From Takakia lepidozioides (lineage: Eukaryota > Plantae > Bryophyta): a stretch of DNA of 64,000 nucleotides. Below the pieces are notes generated by a model. It was not told the DNA's origin. It did no database searches and worked only from the letters and a program-made list of their open reading frames with translations. Shown here piece by piece: positions 37,055 through 46,260 of the stretch. The stretch spans positions 40,920,001 through 40,984,000 of the forward strand of contig CM060732.1 of the NCBI GenBank assembly GCA_030704615.1, read 5' to 3'. Position 1 is the first letter of the stretch, and each line of letters starts with the position of its first letter. The position numbers and the translations under genes are program-made.

Positions 37055-38480
37055 GTGGGGGAGGTGCACATTGTGAGTGTCATCACGGAGTTACCCAAGG
37101 GTTTTGAGGGGAGTACGGCTACAGGCAGTAACAGTGAGAGTGGGTTCACAAGACGAGGTATTCGGTTCAGACCACCTTCACCTCCACCCTCAACTAGTGC
37201 AGAGTCAGACACAGACTCGGAGGCTTCATCAACAGGTGTGCAATTTCATTCGCCATTGTTGTGGGACGACATGGAGGAGATGTATGGAGCTACCAAGGGG
37301 CCTCGTAGGTACTTTGGAGCTGTGGGCACAATTGAGTTGGATGACTTTATCCAGGAGTTCGACAGCTGGTGTGATTTGCAGCAGATGCGCAATCCACAGC
37401 TATTCACCCCATTCATGGCGTGGAAGAGACTGTTCCAGCATTTGGAAGGCCCGCCTATGGACGATTACCACATTTCAGGCGAGGACATGAAGCAGAGATT
37501 GAGGAGTGGAGGATTATTGGTCACCTAACTACGTCTCCATTACTCAAGGCACGACGCGACCAGTAGCTGCATCAGTACCAATATCTCCCACTGCCAGCAC
37601 TAGTAGTGGAACAAGTAGTGCCGGTACTTCTGCAGGTGATACCAGTTCAAAAGGTGCTACTACTCCTCCTACCACGACTACAACACATGTGCCTAGATTC
37701 AACCCGGTGGTGGAGTTCTTCCAGGAGTTGCGGAGGAACTACCAAGGTGTACGGACAGAGAAGCTGCGAAGTTTGCAAGACTTCCAGCGCAAACCCAATG
37801 AGAGCATGCGAGAGGCGTACACTCGTATGAGGTGCTTGATAAGTGTGACCCAATGGGTCACTGAAGCTCAGGCAATCCAGTTTTGGTATGGAATTCTGGA
37901 CAAGGAGCTCAAGAGAAGGGTGCGAGATACAACCCTGTTACAAGCAGCCCAACCCACATTAGCAGATGTGTTTCTGTTGGCTGAGCGGATTGAGCTCAAC
38001 ATGGTGGAGGAACAAGTTGTTACCATTGGATTTGGCAAGGACATGCCTGCACGAGGCGCAGCTTCTAGCCCACAGGCACAAGGGACTGCCCAACAGCGTG
38101 GTCAGGGGGGCAAGGTTTCCCAACCCAAGTTCCATGGAGCTTACAGGGGACCTCAGGTGCAGAGGCCCGTGACATCTTTTGCAAGCCGACAGCAACCAGG
38201 GGTGATATGTTGGACATGTGGAGGACCCCATGTCAAGAGAGATTGCCCAGAGAGTGGCAAAAGGCCGACACAAACATAGCCTGCACAGTTGCAGTGTGGG
38301 CATTGTGGCAAGTATGGGCATGGAGATGCCCAGTGTTATGACTTGCATCCTGAGTTGCGCCCAGGCCAGTTCCAAGGGAACAATAGTAGCCGGGGGCGAG
38401 GTGGACCAGCCCAGAGAGGACGAGGTGGTCGGGCATGAGGTGCAGGCCAAGGACGCGGAGGTCAGGGTGTTGACCAAGGC
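37055..38480 (+). pseudogene. gag with two zinc knuckles (disrupted)
   Basis: IELDDFIQEFDSWC..., FQRKPNESMREAYTRM, CWTCGGPHVKRDC (~38208) and CGHCGKYGHGDAQC (~38295). One frameshift near 37480 and TAG/TGA stops. Confidence 0.85.
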
Positions 38481-39239
38481 ATGGCCAACCGGCTTCAGCA
38501 GCTAGAGCAGAGGCTCGCTGCCATGGCTACAGCTCAGGCGGTACCGGCTCCCAGACGGGATGGTCCACCTCCTGTTCCTGAGGGAGGAGATATGGGAGGC
38601 ATGGGATTCATGTGCAGAGCAGCGCTACCACTAGAGCAGGTGGAGTCTGCTGCAGCCGTGACTCGAGGAGCATCACGAGTTCCTGAGCCACGAGGTGTAG
38701 AGGTGGAATTGGATCCACAGCGTGGGGAGGCAAGCCGTCAGGCGAGGCTTCCTCAGTCATTCACATTGGCGGAGACAGTGTCGACGCCATCCATGGCACC
38801 TAGTTCTCGCCCGACTGTTACCGAGGCGGAGATTACTATGCCATTGGGGAGAGCTACATGTGCAACACCAACACCTGCTGCTAAGGCTAGTGCAGCCGGT
38901 GTGTTATTGGGGGCAGCCACCTCTGTGTGTCAAGCCCCACTGTTCTCGGCAACCATGATTACGACGCCAGGGGTAAGACCAGCTGCAGTGTTCAGACTAG
39001 CAGCAACACTCTGTGAGAGTGGGGAGGTCACTTCATCTTCTGCGGAGTTAGTGGAAGGTGTAGTGTCAGGGGGATCCTCGGATTTGAGGGTCAAGACTGC
39101 CACGGCTGCGCCCTGGCAAGCTGCAGCTGCCAGATTGACGGAACTGCCAGCTAGGCCAGCCTTTGAGCGCGCCATGGTGACACCTGGAGTTGTTTTGTTA
39201 GACAACCATGAGGGCATTCTCTCATTGAGTGGACCGGCA

Positions 39240-39570
39240 GGCAAGAAGTACCGGCCACTTTGGGTCTTGTTGGACTTGGGAGCTCAGCCACTGATGTTGA
39301 GCAGAGCTGCTATCACAGGTTTGGGCCTCATGGAAGCGGATATGGAGCCTTGTCCTTTCTAGATACAGACATCTCTGGGAGGATCAGAGCAGGCTCGGGG
39401 CATGATACGGCGTGAGTTGGCCATTGGACTACAGCCGGATCACCCTACAGATGGCTCAGTGATGCGAGCCAAGGCCATTGTGACAGACGCGGTCTCTTAC
39501 GATGTCCTCGTTGGTGGGGCAGTGTTATACCCCATGGGCTTCACCCTGGACTTTTGGGAGGAGTCAGCAT
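39240..39570 (+). pseudogene. Retropepsin-like aspartic protease domain
   Basis: VLLDLGAQPLML (D-S-G altered to D-L-G, explicable as TCG>TTG)...SYDVLVGGAVLYPMGFTLDF. Confidence 0.75.
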
Positions 39571-39986
39571 CCTACAGGCCTGGTTGGCAGTCAGGGGATG
39601 GTCGTCATGCACAGCTCTTTGTGACATTCATTGGGGGTATTGCGGCTGTCCAGCGGGGCAAGATGCCAACACTAGCCGCCTTTACGGCTGCAGTTAGTTG
39701 GCCTAGAGAGTTGCTGGCAGGCAATGCCCATGCAAAGGATGTGCCACCTCCAGCAGAGCAGGATGACATGCATGGTACAACGGAGTTGCCTGCCATGGTT
39801 GCTCACACTCCATTGTGGGGTACGGGCAAAGATTTGTAGCAGGCTACTGATGGACGGGTGCAACAAGCGTGGGTGGACGCTTTTGTACCGTCAGGAGAGG
39901 AGGAGAGTGCGGTGATTGCACCAGGACCACCTCAATTGTCACCATTGGACACTACACCTCTTGTGTGGCAGTGCCCGGATGAAGAC

Positions 39987-40940
39987 ATATGCCTTCTGGA
40001 CTTGTTTGGCGGGATCGGCACTGGATTGGCTGCAGTGCTGCAGGCAGGTATACGAGTTCGACGTTACCTGTATGTGGAGAGGGATGAGACTGCACGACGC
40101 GTCTCACTGCGCCATGTTGCTCAGTTGGTACAACAGTACCCTGATTTGTTGCCAGTGTCTGCAGTTCATGGATACCAACAAGCCTTGCCAACATACATCT
40201 CATTGCTGGGGGCGCAAGATTTGGAGCAGGTTGGCTCCATTGATTTGGTAGTGACAGGTTGGCCCTGCCAAGGGCATTCATCAGCCGGGCATGACAATGG
40301 ATTGCGAGACTCAAGGACGGGTCTGTTTTGGGAGATGGTGCGGGTTTTACGCCACTTGCAGCTTCATCAAACTGTATCTCCAGCATACATCTTGGAGAAT
40401 GTGCCACTGATGGGCGATTCTCGGGCCAGGGTGATGGCCAATGTGCATCAAGTCCGGTCGTGGCTTGGGTCAGCAGTGTTGCTGGATGCAGCTGCAGTGG
40501 GGTCACGAGCTCATCGTCCACGGCTATGGTGGACTAACTTGATGTCACCCGCACTGCTCAAGCGTGCATTTGATGGGGTGCAGCGGCCAGCACACCTCAC
40601 AGTGGATAGCATTTTGGACACAGGGAGGCAGTCTCAACGTGTAAGACACGATGACCGTTCGCCTTTGGCAGTGGTCAACAGGGTGGATCAACCATGAGCA
40701 ACATTACCTACACTACTCAGCTTCCCAGGATCCCATGCTTTTCGGGATGGTGGACCTGGCCTCTTGTGGGATAGCCAGTTGCAACAATTAGTGGAGCCCA
40801 ATGCTAACGAGCGCGAGCGGGCGATGGGTTTTACCACTGGTACCACGGCGGTGCCATCTCTTTCTGAGGCATCATGTCGTCAGGTGTTGGGGCAAGCAAT
40901 GGATCTCAATTGCTTGACCTGGATTATCAGCTTGGCTATG
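39987..40940 (+). pseudogene. C5 cytosine DNA methyltransferase domain embedded in pol
   Basis: Motif I LDLFGGIG, II YVERD, IV DLVVTGWPCQGHSSAG, V GLRDSRTGLFWE, VI YILENV, VIII AHRPRLWWTN, IX NERERAMGF, X RQVLGQAMD. Single internal TGA at 40695. Same frame as gag, PR and RT. Confidence 0.93.
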
Positions 40941-41363
40941 GCTGAGCAGCGCAGAGTGCGAAGTACACTTCCCTTCATGGTCTCCCTGCCTACCGAGACG
41001 GTACAGGCAGCGAGTGGGGGCAAACAGGTGAGGACCACAAGGTGCAGGCCGCATCCATGGCACACGTGGGAGGTGCTCGAGGTTCAGAAGGAGTTGGTAG
41101 CCAAGGCGGCGGTGATGGATCAGGTTGGGGATTTTTCTCGGGTTGAGGAGGTCCTCAAGGATGGGATGATGGGGCAGGGTGAGACATTGTCACTGACAGA
41201 GGAGGTAGTGGTCACTGCTCAAGAGGTTGCAACATAGCAACCACGAGACGCGTCTTCTACCTCTAAGCCTGCTGGACTCAAGGTTGCAGTCACGGAGGAC
41301 AACTGGGAGCTTGATGTTGGACCTATAGTCACCGGAGGAGAGAGACGACGTATACGACGGTTC

Positions 41364-44020
41364 TTGAGGGCTTACATGAATTGCTTTGCCTTCAGTTTGA
41401 AGGACTTAGGAGCACTGAAGGGTCAAGAGATTTGCATTGAATTGGCTACTGACACGCCAATCTTTCGGAGACCCTATAGATACAGTGACATGGAGAGGTC
41501 CTTGATTCAGATGAGAACTCAAGACCTTTGGGAGGCTAGTTTGGTGGAGCTATCTGGGGGAGAGTATGCTTCAGCCACAATGATGCCAGCCAAGAAGGAT
41601 GTCTATGGCAATTGGACGGAGAGACGTATGTGCGGTGATTACCGGCCTGTAAATCGTCAAACCAAGTCCGATAGGTATGCCATGCCGACACTAGAGGAGA
41701 TCTTTGATGCCATTGGGCATGCCAAGGTCTTTAGCACGTTGGATTTACGATCCGGATATCACCAGTTGCCGATCAAGGAGGCGGATAAGCAAAAGACGGC
41801 ATTCTGGGGGATCAATGAGCACGGGAAGGATTGCCTATACCAGTGGCAGTTCTTACCATTTGGGCTTAAAAACGCTCCTGCTGAGTTTCAAAGAATCATG
41901 GACAGAATTCTAGCAGGGGTGGAGTTTGCTCGTTACTACATAGATGACATCATCATCTTTAGTGCTACGGTGGAGGAGCATGAGAGACACCTTCAGGGGG
42001 TATTTGAGCGCTTGAGGGCGCACGGATTGAAGTTACATCCGGGAAAGTGCAAGTTTTTCCACAACCAGATGAGTATCTGGGTCACATGATATATCCTGGA
42101 GGATTGGGGGTACAGCAGACTAAGGTAGAGTCCATTGCACAGGTTCCACGCCACACGGATGTGAGCCGAGTTCGAGCTTTCATGGGGTTAGCAAACTATT
42201 ATAGACGATTTGTTAAGGGATTTAGTGCCATTGCAAAGGCTCTAACCAAGCTGACCAAGGTGGACCAGGAGTGGCAGTGGGAAGATGAGCAAGAACAAGC
42301 TTTTCAAGAGCTCAAGGCGAGGATGACCTCGGCGCCCATCTTGAGACGGCCTATTAGGGGGCGTCCTTTTCAGCTGCATACAGATTGGAGCATGCTGGGG
42401 CTTGGAGCGGTGCCACACAAGTGGATGATGAGGGAAGAGAGTTCGTAGTGGTTTATGCTAGCCGCTCGAACAACGTTGCAAAGTCTAAGTATAGCTCATA
42501 TGAGGGAGAATGCTTAGCTGTAGTGTGGGCCGTGGCACACTTCAGGTGCTATCTATACGGCAATCTCTTCACCCTTGTCACGGATCACCAACCACTTAAG
42601 TCATGATGGAGTCAGACAAGCTTACGGGGAAGCTTGCACGGTGGGCACTCATCCTTCAAGAATATGACTTTCAGGTTGTGCATCGACCGGGTTTGGTCAA
42701 TCGCAATGCAGATGGGTTGAGTCGCAATCCATGCACGAGCCAGCAGGATGACACTAGAGCTCGGTGGCATGGTGAGACGGACGAGGAGATGGTGCCCAGA
42801 TGGCATGCATCTGCATTTCTGTGTATCTTGGCAGCGGAAGGCCAGGTTGGACCTGCAACAGGGATGACTATAGATCAAGTGTCTAAGGACCCTGAGGCCA
42901 GCAATGAGCAAGGTGGCGCCAAAGATATACATGAGGATTCAGTTGTGTTGGACTACCTCCGCACTGGAGACACTGCAGCCACTGTGACTGCCAAGGAGAG
43001 GGATCGGATCCTACAACGAGCCAAGAGGTTCAAGTGGGAGGAGACACACCTGCTCCGAGTGTGGGAGGATGGTCGAGTGAGGACTGTGCCTCACCCAACA
43101 CAGCGGGCACGGTTAGTGCAGCATGCCCACGAGAAGTTGGGGCATTTTGGAGTGTGACGCACTCATAGCCTACTGCAGGGGCAGTATTAGTGGCGTGGTA
43201 TGCAGAGAGAGGTGCAACAATTTGTGGCTAGGTGCATGGTATGTGACAGGGTGCGTGCTTCATTCAACGCCCCTACTCCACAATTGCACCCTCTTCCGAT
43301 CATGGGATTGGGCTACAGGTGGAGTCTTGACTTCGCAGGCCGTTGCCACTGACCATGCGCCACAACAAGTACGTGTTGGTGATGGTGGAACACTTCTCCA
43401 AGTGGATTGAGTTGGTTCCATTGCGTTATAAGGCTAGTGAGGGAGCTGCGTATGCATTCTTGGATTGTGTGCTTAGCCGATTCGGTGCTCCAGCTGAGGT
43501 ACTCACGGACCAAGGGAGAGAGTTCTTGGGGGAGTTTCAGGCTTTGTGTGACAAGGCCTTGATAGACCACCGCACCACTTCTCGGGATCATCCTGAGGCC
43601 GATGGCTTGGCAGAGAGAGTTGTTCAGACAGTACAGAGGGGTTTGCGCAAGTATGGCTTGCAGAAGGGACACTTAGGAGATTGGGACCTTCAGTTACCCT
43701 GGTTAGCCATGGGCTACAGGTTCAGCAAGCAAGCATCACTTGCCTCCTTCTCACCATACTTTCTTCTCTTTGGCCGAGAGCCGGATTTGCCTACATCCAT
43801 TCGCAGGGAAGCTGCTACAGTTCTTAACCTTGATGATCCAGTGACTGCAGGACGTGTTATTTTGAGGGTTCGAGAGGTCTTTCCCTCAGGCGTCTTGGTC
43901 TTGGAGGGTCGGCATGGCATAACTTGGAAGGACCATGTGCGTAATTGTGCGCCATGTCACCTTCCGAATGTCGATGGCAGGATTGACCCAAACCTAGCAG
44001 TGGTATCTGCAAGTTTGAGG
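41364..44020 (+). pseudogene. RT - RNase H - DDE integrase of copy 2 (frameshifted)
   Basis: RMCGDYRPVN, LDLRSGYHQ, LPFGLKNAP, YIDD; HTDWS, YASRS, TDHQPL, NADGLSR; HHCC (HEKLGHFG...CMVC), SLDF, VLTDQGREF, DGLAER. Confidence 0.95.
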
Positions 44021-44164
44021 TGCATGTTGTGTAGGTCTGCTAAAGGGGCATCCACCATGCTGGTGTGTGATCGATGCTCTAGAGGTTGGCATATGGGATG
44101 CTTGACTCCACCTCTTGAGATGGTTCCGGATGGGGATTGGTTATGTCCACAATGCATTGGATAG
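44021..44164 (+). CDS. PHD finger (C4HC3) at the integrase C-terminus
   Basis: CMLCRSAKGASTMLVCDRCSRGWHMGCLTPPLEMVPDGDWLCPQCIG*, in frame with the integrase core (ORF 43343-44164). Confidence 0.92.
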   Translation, partial: CMLCRSAKGASTMLVCDRCSRGWHMGCLTPPLEMVPDGDWLCPQCIG

Positions 44165-44409
44165 TGGGAGTGGATACAACCATGGGAGGCTAACAAGAAA
44201 TGCAAGGCCAAGCTACTAGGAGACCTTGAACGCACGAGATCCTAGCTCAAGTTCACAGATTGCAAGACGGCGACTAACGATGGGGCTACTCTTGTACCCG
44301 GCCTCTTGGTCTATAGAGTTTGAGTACAATAGGGACAGTGATAGAGGACTTAGTACGGCTGTGGCTATTACATCTTGTAGCTATCTGGAGTTAGAGGGAC
44401 CTATCCACC

Positions 44410-44947
44410 AGCTAGGGGGGCGATTGTGGCAGACTACTTTATTGTGCATCTATGTGTGGTGTGGTTTGGACAGCGATGTAGTTGTGTAGCGATATGTATG
44501 CGCACGACAGCTGTCAAGTTAAATAAACACAGTGTGAAACTAACTAGAATAAAACTAGTTATTTGTATTTAACACTTGGATTTAGTTCAAGTGTTAAGTC
44601 AGGTATCAAGTTTGAGCTTGACACCTGAACCATCTTATCTTCACGAGAGCGTCAGTCGCGCAGCTCATCTCTCTCGAGTTGAGCCTGCGCGACCGAGCTC
44701 CTTCATCGTTTAGAAGCTGAGTGTGTTTATGATGGGAGGATAGGTTGTTGTGGGGTGGAGTCCCCATAGCTTGGGGTGCCCCTGGCTCGACTTCTATTTT
44801 AAAGAGTGATGGTGTTGGTTTTGTGTTTCTCTTGTTATTTGAGTTTAGTTCTTTCTTATCATTGTGGCAGACTACTTTATTGTGCATCTATGTGTGGTGT
44901 GGTTTGGACAACGATGTAGTTGTGTAGCGATATGTATGCGCACGACA
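44410..44947 (+). repeat. 3' terminal structure: PPT-like AGCTAGGGGGGCGAT, B1, GC, A2, T, B2
   Basis: B1 44425-44509, A2 44512-44861, B2 44863-44947; junction palindrome GACAGCTGTC at 44506-44515. Confidence 0.95.
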
Positions 44948-46260
44948 AAGACAAAAAGGTGAGTGCATGTTGGACTACACTAGAGAGAAATAGATGCAAT
45001 TTAGAATTAGAACTACTGTAATAATTAGGGTTGGGGTTTGCTGGAAGAACTTCATGCCGTCAGTGTCAGCTACTAGCAACAAGTATTCATGATTTGTACA
45101 CAGACAGGGATAGCTGAAGGACCAGGGATAGAGGTCCAGGTTCATCCAAGAGGGCCGGATTTCAAACACAATATTAGTTCTGATTCCCTGTGGATCAATA
45201 GCTACAAGAAATCTGCTAACGAGAAAATGGTCTGCTAATAAAGGCACCTTTTTCAACACATTTTCACCCTGTTTTTCCCTCTTATCAGAATCGGCCCTAA
45301 ATTTTCATGTTGAATTCTGCAAGTTAGTTGGTTGAGTGAACCTGGGATAGTTTGGAGTGACTTTGACATGATACTGCCAATGTGACAACATGAAAGTATC
45401 CAAAAGAGGTAACAGAGATGAGGAGAAGCTGTGGAATGAATACTTTCCCCTAGTTCTGGACATATATGCCAATGTCAAGGGAGTGTTCAACACTATGGCT
45501 AAACAAGATGTGGTGTCGTGGAGTGCAATGCTTGCAGGGTATGCACAACAGGATGGAGGCTTTGGATACCTATGAGCAAATGATGGGGAAAGGGGTGAAG
45601 CTCGACCACATCTTTTTAGTGTGTGTTTGCAGTGCGTGTGCAAGCCTGGCAGCCCGGGAAAAGGGCAAAGAGGTGCATGGTTGCATCACCAAAGCTGGAA
45701 TTGTACCATGTGTGATTTTGAACAATACCTCATGGACATGTATGCCAAATGTGGGAGCATGCGGAGAGAGCCTTCAACACTATGGCTGAACAAGATGTGG
45801 TGTCGTGGAACGCGATGCTTGCACGATATGCACAGCAAGGACGCGGGATGGAGGTTTTGGAGACAGGAAAGTATCGGAAAACAGTTAACAGATACGAGGA
45901 GAAGCTCTGGAATGAATATGTTTCCGACCCCAGTCAATGGTGGAACAATCCAGGCAAAAAGGTGAATTCCTGTTGGAAGCAGATGCAAGTCAGTATAGGA
46001 ACTAGTGTGATAAGTAGGGTTGGAGTATTTGTTGGAATACTTATAGGCTGTCATTGTCAGCTGCTAGCAGCAAGGCAATGATGTATGCATGATTTGTGCA
46101 GAGGCAAGGATAGCTGAAGGAGCAGGGATAGAGTGTAGGTCCAGATTCATCCAAGAGGGTCGGATTTCAATCTCCAGATTACCTATGATTCCCTGTGGAA
46201 GGATAGCTACAAGAAACCTGCAGGGGTAGATGATCAATTGGTTGGTTTTGAGCTGAAGAG
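44948..46260 (+). pseudogene. Chimeric OSB-PDF / PLS-PPR gene fragments (CACTA cargo)
   Basis: VHPRGPDFKHNISSDSLWINSYKK (~45138); FNTMAKQDVVSWSAMLAGYAQQ, CSACASLAAREKGKEVHGCI, LMDMYAKCGSM, QDVVSWNAMLARYAQQG (45480-45860); EEKLWNEYVSDPSQWWNNPGKK|GT; IHPRGSDFNLQITYDSLWKDSYKKP (~46145). Confidence 0.8.

Larger units (their letters stand above)
33614..44947 (+). mobile_element. Full-length Ty3/gypsy-type retrotransposon copy 2: A1 - leader with captured fragments - ORF0 - gag-PR-DNMT-RT-RH-IN-PHD - PPT - B1 - GC - A2 - B2
   Basis: Starts TGTC and ends GACA. A1 33614-33963 and A2 44512-44861 (350 bp, ~9 differences); B1 44425-44509 and B2 44863-44947 (85 bp, 1 difference). Imperfect 4-bp TSD GAGA/AAGA; the interrupted exon WRDNG|DKK-GT resumes at 44948. 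Domain order PR-RT-RH-IN is gypsy. Confidence 0.95.

Noticed and set aside
39858-40940. Host DNMT3/DRM gene or bacterial restriction-modification contamination
   Set aside because: Intronless, in frame with gag/PR/RT, inside element termini, and no neighbouring restriction enzyme.
33614-44947. DIRS/PAT/Ngaro tyrosine-recombinase element (suggested by split repeats and a methyltransferase)
   Set aside because: It encodes an HHCC + DDE integrase with a gypsy-type RT and protease and has a short TSD. No YR motifs are visible, and the MTase is a C5 type (PCQ/ENV), not the adenine-MTase-like domain of DIRS.
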